A DNA stretch of 64,000 bases from an uncultured Gemmatimonadaceae bacterium (lineage in GTDB: Bacteria; Gemmatimonadota; Gemmatimonadetes; Gemmatimonadales; Gemmatimonadaceae): NCBI GenBank assembly GCA_963751275.1, contig CAVVTZ010000014.1, forward strand, positions 32,001 to 96,000, given 5' to 3'. The first letter of the stretch is position 1, and each line of letters begins with the position of its first letter. A model generated the notes under the pieces. The model was not told where the DNA came from. It searched no databases and was given only the letters and a program-made list of their open reading frames with translations. Both the position numbers and the translations under genes were made by a program. Positions 1 through 9,387 of this stretch are shown piece by piece.

Positions 1-104
1 GTGGAATCCTGCGCCACCACATCACGTGGAACGGTGACGACTGCGAAGACCGCGATGGCCGCCGCGATCGCGAGGCGCAGAGGAACGGACGATAAGGTGC
101 ACCA
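1..104 (-). CDS. possible 5' end of a secreted protein running off the window edge
   Basis: A reverse frame reads ..LSSVPLRLAIAAAIAVFAVVTVPRDVVAQDS (signal-peptide-like) after a GGAGG RBS. The nearest ATG is out of frame, so an indel is possible. Confidence 0.3.
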
Positions 105-196
105 TCACTGCGCCTCCATAGGGGGATCGAGAACGTGGGCCGAACGGCTCCGCGCCGGGAGAGGGCCACTGGGCCCTTCCCGGCGGGAGCGTGGTG

Positions 197-1258
197 CTAC
201 TTGTTGGGTCCCGTCTGCGCGTACGGATTGCCGTTCAGCGCGTTCGAGATATCCGCGATCGCGAGCTGCGCGCGGACGCTGTTGCCGGCGGCATCCACCG
301 GCGGTGAGATCACGGCGATACCGAACTTGCCCGGCGAGACGGCAATGAGCCCGCCGCCCACACCGCTCTTCGCCGGCAGGCCGGTCTTGAAGAGCCACTT
401 GCCCGCGTCGTCGTACAGGCCGGCGGTGGCCATCACCGCGAGGATCTCGGGGACGTTGGCCGCCTTCATCACGCGCTTCTTCGTCACCGGATTCATGCCG
501 CCGAAGGCCAGCGTGCCCGCCATCGTCGCCAGGTCCTTCGCATTCACCCCCACCGAGCACTGCCTGGTGTAGATGTCCACGGCCTGGAGCGGATCGGCCT
601 TGATGTAACCGTACGCGAACATCAGCATGCCGATCGCCTGGTTGCGCTGGTTCGTCTCGGCTTCGGACTTGTACACGTCCTCGAGCACGGTGAGCTTGCG
701 GCCGGCGGCCGCATCGTAGTATGCGGCGATATTGCCCCAGATCTCATCCTTGGTCTTGCCCTGCACCATGCTGGTGGCCGTGATCGCGCCCGGGTTGACG
801 AGCGCATTCATTTCCGCGGCGTTCGCGAGCTTGGATCCGCCGAGTCCCTTGAACGAATACTCGATCGACACGATCGAATTGAAGCGCAGGCCGGTCGCGT
901 CCGCGCCGATGTCGTTCAGGATGACGTTCGGATTCTGCTCTTCCATCACCAGCGCCATCGTGTAGACCTTCGAGATCGACTGGATCGACACTTCGGTGGT
1001 CAGGTCGCCGGCCGTGTACAGCTTGCCGTCGGCCGTCACGACCGCGATGCCGAACACCTTCGGATCCACTTTGGCGAGCGCCGGGATGTAGTCGGCGACC
1101 GCGCCGTCATTGTTGCCCTTGTACTTGTTGTACGCGGCGTCCACCGCCGCCTGGATCTGCGCGGGCGTCTGCGCGACCGCCGGGACCGCGATCACCGCGC
1201 TCAGGGCGAGCGTGAGCGCGAGGGTCGCGCGGGCGGCCGTGTTCAGGGTGCGAGTCAT
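197..1258 (-). CDS. glsA: glutaminase A with N-terminal signal peptide
   Basis: Motifs VADYIPALAKVDP, SIQSISK (SxxK), NPGAI, GLYDDAG and PAKSGVGGG. Start MTRTLNTAARATLALTLALSAVIAVPAVA|Q; its ATG overlaps the porin stop (ATGA). Confidence 0.93.
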   Translation of the reverse strand: MTRTLNTAARATLALTLALSAVIAVPAVAQTPAQIQAAVDAAYNKYKGNNDGAVADYIPALAKVDPKVFGIAVVTADGKLYTAGDLTTEVSIQSISKVYTMALVMEEQNPNVILNDIGADATGLRFNSIVSIEYSFKGLGGSKLANAAEMNALVNPGAITATSMVQGKTKDEIWGNIAAYYDAAAGRKLTVLEDVYKSEAETNQRNQAIGMLMFAYGYIKADPLQAVDIYTRQCSVGVNAKDLATMAGTLAFGGMNPVTKKRVMKAANVPEILAVMATAGLYDDAGKWLFKTGLPAKSGVGGGLIAVSPGKFGIAVISPPVDAAGNSVRAQLAIADISNALNGNPYAQTGPNK

Positions 1259-2484
1259 TTCGTACCTCCAATGGTCTGACTGTACGCGTACTTGAATGAG
1301 ACGGCGATCCGGTTGTCGTTGTAGCTCCAGCCATCGGAATTGTTCTTCCGCTGGCCGAACGTGTACTCGAGCGCAGCGTACACGTTCTTCACCGGGTTGT
1401 ACACGATGTTGACGGCTCCGTACGCTCCCGAATGGAACGCATCCGGGGCCTGGCCATCGCTGTTGGTGACGACGAGCGTGGAGTAGCCGATGGAGCTCAT
1501 CCACTGGTCGTTCCACGCATGGTCGAGGAACGCCACCATGCTCCACATCGGCAGCGGCACGCCGAGCACGGGCTGGTAGGAGTTGGAGAAATTGTTCTGG
1601 ATCCCGATGTCCACCGGCGCATCGTTCATATAGTTCTGGATCCCCTTCCCGTACACACCCTGCAGGCGTACGACGTCATTGCCCTTGTCGAACTTGATGT
1701 TGGAGCTGGCGGTGAGTCCCCAACCCACGGCGGAGCCGGAGAGGTTGAGCGAAGGCGTGGCATTCTCGTCGATCCACTGCACCTTGCGCACCACGCCGCC
1801 GAACTGCAGGTAGCCCCACGATTGTGCCGAGCGGTACTGCGCCGTCAGATCCGGCAGTGGGAACTTCGTCACGACGCCGGAGAGCTCCACACGGTCGGCG
1901 TATATCCCCTGGTCGGCGCTCGCGCCGGGATTCTCCAGCGCGATGTTCAGGAACGACGGCCCCTGGATGGCCATGTAGCGCACCTGGATGTTCCGGTAGA
2001 AGATCATGCCGTCCGGTCCCCAGTACTCGAAGGTGTTGGGGAAGACATCGATGTCCATGAAGGTGCTGTTCATCTGTCCCGCGCCGATCTTGCCGAGCTG
2101 CGCCCACGCCTTGCGGAGTCGGATCGTCGTCTGGCCGGCATCGGCACCGACGCCGAACATGTCGAACTCGAACACGGTCCAGAGTTCGCCCATCTTCGTC
2201 GGCGCCCACGCCTGCACGCCGAACCGCGTCTGGCGGACGCTCGCGAAGAACTGGCCGTCCGGCTGGAATTCACTCGCCGACGACGGCAGCTTGCTCGGCC
2301 GCACCACATCGTACCATTGAGGGTTGATGCGCCCGATCTGGTCGCCCATGTCGAGCTGGACGAAGCCGTAGATGTCGAGGTGCGCCGGGGCGCTGTCCGG
2401 CGCGGCCTGCGCGCGGGCGCCCCCGGCCACGATCGCGCCGAGCAGCAGCGCCATACTGAGACTGACGTAACGTGATACTCGCAT
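1255..2484 (-). CDS. DcaP-family outer-membrane porin
   Basis: Signal peptide; IYGFVQLD, SVRQTRFG, FEFDMFG, RLRKAWAQLG and GQMNSTFMDIDVFPNTFEYWGPDG; terminal aromatic beta-strand. Confidence 0.8.
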   Translation of the reverse strand: MRVSRYVSLSMALLLGAIVAGGARAQAAPDSAPAHLDIYGFVQLDMGDQIGRINPQWYDVVRPSKLPSSASEFQPDGQFFASVRQTRFGVQAWAPTKMGELWTVFEFDMFGVGADAGQTTIRLRKAWAQLGKIGAGQMNSTFMDIDVFPNTFEYWGPDGMIFYRNIQVRYMAIQGPSFLNIALENPGASADQGIYADRVELSGVVTKFPLPDLTAQYRSAQSWGYLQFGGVVRKVQWIDENATPSLNLSGSAVGWGLTASSNIKFDKGNDVVRLQGVYGKGIQNYMNDAPVDIGIQNNFSNSYQPVLGVPLPMWSMVAFLDHAWNDQWMSSIGYSTLVVTNSDGQAPDAFHSGAYGAVNIVYNPVKNVYAALEYTFGQRKNNSDGWSYNDNRIAVSFKYAYSQTIGGTK

Positions 2485-2522
2485 ACTGATTGCCCTCATC
2501 GGAAGAATGGAATCGCGGCGGT

Positions 2523-3657
2523 TCAGTTGTTTGGCGACGGCTTGAGGTTCGCCCGTTCCCACGCCCGCACGTTCACGCGCGCGGCATTGAAGAGGCGCGC
2601 GAAATTCTCGATCCGCACCTTGCGGCTCGCTTCGGGGGTGAGCTTCGCCCAGAGTGGGCCGTACATGACGAAGACCTTGCTATAGCCGGCCCAATCCTTG
2701 GGGGCCACCTCGTCGGTGCCGAAGAGGAAGCGCTCGGGGAATGCGTTGATGAGCGCCGCCGAGGAATCGATGGACTGCGGCGTCGCCACGACGTACTTGG
2801 CGACCTCGTCCCAGGAGATGTCGAAGTACAGGTTCTTCAGCGACGGATCCTCGAGCAGGGCGCGGATGATCTCGCGCTGATAGGGCGTCCGCTCCGCGGC
2901 CGACGCGGAAGGGTTCGGCTGCGTGGGACGGACGACGCGGCCGAGGCCCATGTGCGCCCAGATGATCGTGGTGTTCGGGTGGCGTCGGAACAGCGCCTTG
3001 ATCTGCGTGAGATACACCGGCTCGACGCCGGGCTTCGCGAAGGGCATGTCGAGATCGTTGTGCAGGATCACGACCATGCCCGCTTCGCCGGCGAAGGCGA
3101 GAATGCTGTCGAGCGCGGGGTTGGTGAGGCTCGCCACTTCGCCGGCGACCTTGGACGAGACGAATTCCTTGTGGATCGAGAACTCGCCGAGCCCTTCGAA
3201 CACGCCCGGGAACGTGCGCAGCACCCGCTTGATGTGCGCCACCGCGTACATGTCCGCCGGATTGAACCCCGTGATCATCGGATCGAAGCGCGCCTGCTCG
3301 GCCTTGGTCAGCGACCGGTAGGTCATCGCGATGTAGGCGTCGGTGAACGAGTAGTAGTAGAGCGGCGCGTCGGTCTGCAGGTAGTAGGTCGGGAGCGTAC
3401 GAACCCGAATTGGCGTACGACCACTCCTGCTGCAGCGGGATGCCGAAGAGCGCCACGCGGCCCGTGCGCGTCCCCATGATCTTCAGGAAGTCACGGATGT
3501 CCGTGCCTTCCTGGATGTAGTTGGTGAGATGGAAGTGACTGTCGTTGAACTCGACGCTGTCTTGCGGCGGCGCCGCCGGCTTGGACTGCGCCGGTGCGGA
3601 AACGGCGCCGATCATGCCGATCGCGAATAACGCCAGGACTTCGATGCGTGCACGCAT
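2523..3657 (-). CDS. secreted amidohydrolase-family (TIM barrel) protein, frameshifted near 3390
   Basis: ORFs 2680..3657 (signal peptide, DSHFH) and 2523..3326 (GEFSIHKE, LHND, WAHMG, FDISW, FLFGTD) join into one protein. Confidence 0.75.
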
Positions 3658-3959
3658 ACGGGACTCGCTCCTTCCTCTTGGCCACCGGCATCCGGGCTCA
3701 ATCAGAGCGCCGGGACACAGAGCGTTTCACGCGCGTGCGCGCCGATCGCCGAGTGTCAGGAGCGTAAGATATCCGCCGTATAATACACGATGACAGGAAA
3801 TTCCCTACACTCGGTCGGGCGTTCCAGTCTCTCGCCGGACTGCCTTCCGGCCTGTATTACGGGTGTCCAACAGCAGAGCCGATCGACCGGGCCTGCACGC
3901 TCCGTACCCGCCGCGATCGAGCGCTCCTCTCCCACCACTCTTCACCCGGACCCAATACC

Positions 3960-4512
3960 ATGCCTGCCTCCGCCCCCGCCAAGTACTGGTTCCTCCCGCT
4001 CCTCGCCGGCGTCCTCTACGTCTGCCTCGGCGTCTGGGTGATCCGCACACCGGTCGCGAGCTATCTCGCGCTGACCTTCCTCTTCTCCCTCGGCTTCCTC
4101 GTGAGCGGCGTGGTCGAGATCTTCGGCGCGTTCTCGGATCGCGACACGCGGCCGAAGTGGGGCTGGGCGCTCGCCGGCGGTCTGTTCGACCTGCTCATCG
4201 GCGTGATGCTCTTCAGCAATCCGGATGTCACGGTGGCGGTGCTCCCGTTCGTGGTCGGATTCGGAGCTGCTCTTCCGCTCGTGCTTCACCGTGGCCGGCG
4301 CCTTCGCGCTGAAGTCGGCCGGCGGGCAGAGCTGGGGAATGATGATGGTGCTCGGATTGCTCGGCGTCGTCGCCGGATTCGTGCTCCTGCGGAATCCGCT
4401 GCTCGCGGGCTTCACGATCGTGATCTGGACCGGCATGGCGTTCATCTTCGTGGGCATCGCGCGCGTCATGGCGGCGCTCGCGCTGCGCAAGGGCGAAGAG
4501 GCACTCGCGTAG
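3960..4512 (+). CDS. HdeD/DUF308-family membrane protein, frameshifted near 4268
   Basis: KYWFLPLLAGVLYVCLG..P..S..L..LF..GFLVSG..EI and WGWALAGGLFDLLIG. The second half lies in ORF 4225..4512. Confidence 0.75.
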
Positions 4513-4524
4513 GAGTAGTGAAGC

Positions 4525-4560
4525 GCCCCGCCCGAGGGAGTACCTCGGGCGGGGCTTGTG
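4525..4560 (+). terminator. GC-rich hairpin after the HdeD-like gene
   Basis: GCCCCGCCCGAGG-gagta-CCTCGGGCGGGGC followed by a weak T tail. Confidence 0.5.
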
Positions 4561-4592
4561 TCTGTCGGAGAGCGAGACAGCGAGGCACGACG

Positions 4593-6035
4593 GTGACCCA
4601 GGAACGGAAGAGGAGGACCGGAACGATGATCGCGGTCATTATCACGTTCCACGTGCTTGGAGCGCTCTCCTCCATCCACGCGATCATGCATACCCGCACC
4701 GAGCAGGGGGCCATTGCATGGGCGGTGTCGCTGAACGCCTTTCCGTACCTTGCCGTGCCGGCCTATTGGGTGCTGGGACGCAGCCGCTTCGAGGGGTATG
4801 TCAGCGCGCGCCGGGACAACATGGGAGAAGTCGTCGGGCTGACGAAGGAGGCGGTGGCGGCGGCCGCACCGTACCGGGTGCCGGATGCGCAGGTGGAGCC
4901 CGCCGTCCAAGCCGCCCAACGCCTGGCCGGGATCCCATTCCTCCGCGGGAATAGCGTGCAGCTGCTCGTGAACGGCGACGCGGTGTTCAAGAGCATCTTC
5001 GAATCCATCGACGCCGGACGGGAGTACGTCCTGGTCGAGTACTATATCGTTCACGATGACGGCATCGGCCGCGAGCTGAAGGCCCACCTGATCGCCAGGG
5101 CCAAAGCCGGAGTGCGCGTGAGTTTCCTCTACGACGAGATCGGCAGTCACGATCTGCCGCGCGCCTACCTTGATGAGCTCCGCGCCGCAGGGATCGAGGT
5201 GCACGAGTTCCATACGCGGAAGGGTCCGCGCAACCGATTCCAGCTCGATTTCCGCAACCATCGCAAGATCGTGGTGGTCGACGGGAAGGTGGCCTTCGTC
5301 GGCGGACTGAACGTCGGCGACGAATACCTGTCGCGGAACCCCAAGATCGGCCTCTGGCGGGACACGCACGTCCGGATCGAGGGACCGGCCGCGCTCGGCG
5401 CGCAACTCGCGTTCGCGGAGGACTGGCACTGGGCGACCGGAGGCCGGCTCGATCTCAGCTGGACCCCGGTCCCGTCGGCGGCCGGGAACGCGAGCGTGCT
5501 GATCATGCCCTTCAGTCCGGCGGACACGCTCGAGACCGCGAACCTGATGTTCATCCATGCGATCAACTCGGCGCGAGAGCGGATCTGGATCGCGAGTCCC
5601 TACTTCGTTCCCGACAAACCGGTGACCGACGCGCTGCAACTCGCCGGGCTTCGCGGCGTCGATGTCCGGATCCTCATTCCCGACAAGCCGGATAACGCCG
5701 CCGTGGGTCTGGCCGCTTACTCATACCTCGACGACGCGAGCCGCACCGGCGGGAAGTTCTACCGGTACCTTCCGGGATTCCTGCACGAGAAGGTCATGCT
5801 CATCGACCACTCCACGGCCACGGTGGGCACCGCCAACTTCGACAACCGTTCCTTCCGGCTGAACTTCGAGATCACCGCGGTGATCTCGGATCCGGCGTTC
5901 GCGAAAGAGGTCGAGCGGATGTTCGAAGCGGATTTCGCCCAGTCACGGATCATGGAGCCCGACGAGTACGACCGGAAGCCGTGGTGGTTCCGATTCAAGG
6001 TGCGGCTCGCGCGCTTGACCGGGCCGATCCAGTAG
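4593..6035 (+). CDS. cls: cardiolipin synthase
   Basis: N-terminal TM pair and two HKD motifs (RNHRKIVVVDG, LHEKVMLID); IASPYFVP and GTANFDNRSFRLNFE. Confidence 0.92.
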   Translation: MTQERKRRTGTMIAVIITFHVLGALSSIHAIMHTRTEQGAIAWAVSLNAFPYLAVPAYWVLGRSRFEGYVSARRDNMGEVVGLTKEAVAAAAPYRVPDAQVEPAVQAAQRLAGIPFLRGNSVQLLVNGDAVFKSIFESIDAGREYVLVEYYIVHDDGIGRELKAHLIARAKAGVRVSFLYDEIGSHDLPRAYLDELRAAGIEVHEFHTRKGPRNRFQLDFRNHRKIVVVDGKVAFVGGLNVGDEYLSRNPKIGLWRDTHVRIEGPAALGAQLAFAEDWHWATGGRLDLSWTPVPSAAGNASVLIMPFSPADTLETANLMFIHAINSARERIWIASPYFVPDKPVTDALQLAGLRGVDVRILIPDKPDNAAVGLAAYSYLDDASRTGGKFYRYLPGFLHEKVMLIDHSTATVGTANFDNRSFRLNFEITAVISDPAFAKEVERMFEADFAQSRIMEPDEYDRKPWWFRFKVRLARLTGPIQ

Positions 6036-6116
6036 TGGGGGCGCCGTGAAGGTCACTTGCGTCGCGCTCGAGCACGCCGGCGGCCTGCGGCCGGAAGCCG
6101 AGGCCGCGGCGATGAA

Positions 6117-6290
6117 TCAGCCGCCAACGCGCGTATGGCTGCCCCAGTGAGGGGCGTTACCGGGGCGCACGGTCTTGCGGCGGTCGCGGCCACGATAGGT
6201 GGCGAGGAGCCCAGCCGTCACCTCGGCCATGATCGCACCGAACGCAACGAGGCAGAGGAGCAAACTGAGAGTGTTGAGGAATGTTGGCAT
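6117..6290 (-). CDS. putative 57-aa single-TM small protein (not in the ORF track)
   Basis: MPTFLNTLSLLLCLVAFGAIMAEVTAGLLATYRGRDRRKTVRPGNAPHWGSHTRVGG*; fills an intergenic gap. Confidence 0.4.
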   Translation of the reverse strand: MPTFLNTLSLLLCLVAFGAIMAEVTAGLLATYRGRDRRKTVRPGNAPHWGSHTRVGG

Positions 6291-6460
6291 GGGTCAGTCT
6301 ATTGCGTCCGAGTGGTTTCCTGCAGAGAGTCTCACCATCGCGAGCGCGCTCTCCCTGGTCCAATTTCTGGGCGCACCGGTCCCGCACAGTCGGGCGAAGG
6401 CCACGGCTCCCGTGCGGCTTAATCCGACACTCACGCATGAACGGAATGGGAGGATCCTGG

Positions 6461-7531
6461 ATGCGCATACGGACTGAATCCGGACGAGTCGTGCCGGCAG
6501 GCTCACTGAGACGGAATGCCGCCTCGCTCCTGCGCGTACTGGCCACGCTCACGCTCGGCCTGTTCGCCGCGCCCGGCGCCGCCGCCCAGGAGTTCAGCGG
6601 CTTCGCGGGTCCGTGGTGGGATATCTCCGTGTCGCAGCCCGCGAGCTACCAGTGGCGGCTCGACTACCAGCAAGGACTTTCCGAACACTGGTACTTCGAG
6701 ACGGGCTGGGTGAACGACGGCCACTTCACCGGTCACCTCCGCGATGGCCTCGCGCTCCAGCTCGGCATCCGGACGAAGCTCTGGACGCCGCGACTGGTCG
6801 TCGGGCTGGCGGCCGGCGTGGACCGCTTCTACGACACCACGAACGACTCGTCGAACGCCGGCAATTTCTCGGACGTGCAGGGTTTCATGTTCATCGGCAC
6901 GGGTCAGATCTCATACTACTTCGCCAACCGCTGGATCGCTCGCGCGCAAGTGAACCTCGAACTCGCGCCATCCACGAGCTATAACGGCGCCGGCGCCCTG
7001 ATCGGCGTCGGCTACCAGCTGCAGGCGCCCGCCTCACCAGGCGCGCGCGACAAGCCCGAAGCGCAGAGCAGCTTCAGCACCGGCAATGAGTTCACGGCGT
7101 TCATCGGCCAGACCGTTCCCAACGGCGGCAAGTCGGACCCGAAGGGCGTGGCCGGAATGGCCGAGTACCGCCACGGCATCTGGAAGTACTTCGACTTCAC
7201 CCTGAGCTACATCTACCAGGGCGACAACGCCGTGCTCCTGCGCAACGGGTTCGCGGCGCAACTCTGGCCCGCGCGCAAGTTCGGACCCGTCGAGTTCGCG
7301 CTCGGCTTCGGGGTCTTCTTCGCCGCCGACCAGAAGTACGCGCCGCCCCCCGGCGATCCGGAGAACGGGAAGTGGGCTCTCCTGGTGTCGCCCACGATCG
7401 CGTACCGGTTCGGCGACCACTGGCTCACGCGGTTCATGTGGAACCGCACCGTGACGACCTACAACACGAACACCGATTTCTTCGGCATCGGAGTCGGCTA
7501 TCGCTGGGGGCCGGCGAGCAAGCAGCGATAG
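6461..7531 (+). CDS. outer-membrane protein with two tandem beta-barrel-like halves
   Basis: GGAGG RBS and a signal peptide ending AAA|Q. Internal duplication whose halves end IGVGYQL and IGVGYRW. Confidence 0.7.
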   Translation: MRIRTESGRVVPAGSLRRNAASLLRVLATLTLGLFAAPGAAAQEFSGFAGPWWDISVSQPASYQWRLDYQQGLSEHWYFETGWVNDGHFTGHLRDGLALQLGIRTKLWTPRLVVGLAAGVDRFYDTTNDSSNAGNFSDVQGFMFIGTGQISYYFANRWIARAQVNLELAPSTSYNGAGALIGVGYQLQAPASPGARDKPEAQSSFSTGNEFTAFIGQTVPNGGKSDPKGVAGMAEYRHGIWKYFDFTLSYIYQGDNAVLLRNGFAAQLWPARKFGPVEFALGFGVFFAADQKYAPPPGDPENGKWALLVSPTIAYRFGDHWLTRFMWNRTVTTYNTNTDFFGIGVGYRWGPASKQR

Positions 7532-7536
7532 AACGA

Positions 7537-7635
7537 CAGTCGTTGGTCGTACGCGTTTAGAACGACAAACGGCCCCGCGAGATCGACATCTCTCGCAGGG
7601 CCGTTGCCGTTCCAAACGCGTACGACCAACGACTG
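7537..7635. repeat. palindromic element, family B (probably also a bidirectional terminator)
   Basis: CAGTCGTTGGTCGTACGCGTTT ... AAACGCGTACGACCAACGACTG; the same termini occur at 22808-22929. Confidence 0.85.
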
Positions 7636-7650
7636 CCTATCGCCTCTCTT

Positions 7651-8121
7651 CTACCACCGGTAGTGGGCGAATGCCTTGTTGGCCTCGGCCATGCGATGCG
7701 TGTCTTCCTTCTTCTTCACGGCGTTGCCCTCGCCCTTGCTCGCGGCGATCACTTCTGCGGCCAGCTTCTCGGCCATGCTCTTCTCGCTGCGCTCGCGCGC
7801 GAAGGACATCAGCCAGCGCATGGCGAGCGCCGTGCGGCGCTCGGGACGGACTTCGACGGGCACCTGGTACGTGGCGCCGCCGACGCGGCGGCTCTTCACT
7901 TCGACCACCGGCTTGATGTTCTGCAGGGCGGCCTTGAATACCGTGACGCCGGTCTGGCCGGTGCGGGTCTCCACGAGGTCCATCGCGCCGTAGAAGATCG
8001 ACTCGGCGGTGGACTTGCGGCCCTCGATCATCAAGGTGTTGATGAACTTCGAGACCGTCTGGCTGTCGTAGCGCGCATCCGCGAGGAGCGTGCGCTTGAC
8101 GGACTTCTGGCGGCGGCTCAC
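7651..8121 (-). CDS. rpsG: 30S ribosomal protein S7
   Basis: [22 protein letters not shown] and [21 protein letters not shown]. Confidence 0.99.
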   Translation of the reverse strand: MSRRQKSVKRTLLADARYDSQTVSKFINTLMIEGRKSTAESIFYGAMDLVETRTGQTGVTVFKAALQNIKPVVEVKSRRVGGATYQVPVEVRPERRTALAMRWLMSFARERSEKSMAEKLAAEVIAASKGEGNAVKKKEDTHRMAEANKAFAHYRW

Positions 8122-8507
8122 TTCTTACCTCCCCCGGCCTTCGGCTTCTTGGCGCCGTACTTGGAACGGCTCTGGTTGCGGCCATTGACGCCCGACGCAT
8201 CGAGCGTGCCGCGCACGATATGGTAGCGAACGCCCGGCAGATCCTTCACACGGCCGCCGCGAATGAGCACGATCGAGTGCTCCTGCAGATTGTGGCCTTC
8301 GCCGGGGATGTAGGCGCTGACTTCGAAGCCGTTGGTGAGACGCACGCGCGCGACCTTGCGGAGCGCGGAGTTCGGCTTCTTCGGAGTGGTGGTGTACACG
8401 CGGGTGCAAACGCCGCGCTTCTGCGGATTCCCCTTCAACGCCGGCGCCTTTTCCTTCTTGGCGACGTCGTGCCGGCTCCGCCGGACGAGCTGGTTGATCG
8501 TTGGCAT
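8118..8507 (-). CDS. rpsL: 30S ribosomal protein S12
   Basis: [20 protein letters not shown] and [14 protein letters not shown]. Confidence 0.99.
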   Translation of the reverse strand: MPTINQLVRRSRHDVAKKEKAPALKGNPQKRGVCTRVYTTTPKKPNSALRKVARVRLTNGFEVSAYIPGEGHNLQEHSIVLIRGGRVKDLPGVRYHIVRGTLDASGVNGRNQSRSKYGAKKPKAGGGKK

Positions 8508-8577
8508 TCGGCTCTAAATCGTTCGTGGATCTGATCCTACGTGGATCGCCCGAAGGGCGGCACGGAACAGAACACCA

Positions 8578-8606
8578 AAGCTAGACCACGAGTGGGATGA
8601 AGTCAA
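8578..8606 (-). promoter_or_regulatory. sigma70-type promoter for rpsL-rpsG
   Basis: TTGACT-17 nt-TAGCTT on the minus strand, about 70 nt upstream of rpsL. Confidence 0.65.
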
Positions 8607-8684
8607 CGAGAGACCTAACGGCGGACTGTCGGCTGGCGGCTGTCGCCTGCCACTGCGAGTGCCAAGGGCGTAAGCTTCCCCACT

Positions 8685-9374
8685 ATGAAGAAGACACTCC
8701 TCATTCTGGCAGCGGTGTTCGCTCCCCTGGCGGCGTGCGCGCAGGCGCATGAACCCAAGGAGGCGGAGTTCGCGATCCGGTGGGCGCCGGCGGATGGCGG
8801 GCCGCAGACGCCGAAGGAAGTGCTCAAGCTGCTCGGCACGCCGGATGCGCAGCCCGTCAACTATGAAGTGCGGTACTTCGATGAGCCGGCGGCGCTCGCG
8901 GTGCCGGAGAGCACCGAGGTAATCGTGCGGCTGCGCTCGATGCACGACGGCACCTCGCAAGTGCGCCTCAAGTACCGGCGCACGGTGCCGTGGCCGGCCG
9001 GATGGAAGTGTCCGGGCGCGATGAACTTCTCGAAGTCGGAACAGTTGGACGTCGCCTTCCTGGATGGCGGCAAGCTGGCGCGCATCTATTCATATGAGTG
9101 CACGCTCGATGCCACCGAGCCACCGCCGGCGCTGCACGCTGCGGTCCGGAACTGCGCGTCGTTCATGGTGCGCTACGAAGCGAAACGCGCGCGGCTGGAG
9201 GAGTGGGCGATGCCGGGCGGGGAGGTCGTGCTCGAGGTGTCGCACACCGCGCCGAACACGGCCGCCGAACTCGCGAAGTTCAAGGTCATCGCCGACACGC
9301 TCATCGCGCACCGCGCGAGTCCATCGGCCCTCAGCAAGACGAAGCTCGCGAGCGACTGTCCGGCCGAGCCCTGA
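8685..9374 (+). CDS. exported hypothetical protein, possibly CYTH-like fold
   Basis: Signal peptide with a possible lipobox (LAAC). EAEFAIRW, VRYFD, VRLR, LKYR and VLEVS echo the CYTH layout (weak). Confidence 0.6.
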   Translation: MKKTLLILAAVFAPLAACAQAHEPKEAEFAIRWAPADGGPQTPKEVLKLLGTPDAQPVNYEVRYFDEPAALAVPESTEVIVRLRSMHDGTSQVRLKYRRTVPWPAGWKCPGAMNFSKSEQLDVAFLDGGKLARIYSYECTLDATEPPPALHAAVRNCASFMVRYEAKRARLEEWAMPGGEVVLEVSHTAPNTAAELAKFKVIADTLIAHRASPSALSKTKLASDCPAEP

Positions 9375-9387
9375 GCGCGGCGGCGCG

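Noticed and set aside
3960..6035. 691-aa HdeD-cardiolipin synthase fusion ORF
   Set aside because: Artefact of the indel near 4268. The HdeD C-terminus ends at 4512 in another frame and a hairpin separates the two genes.
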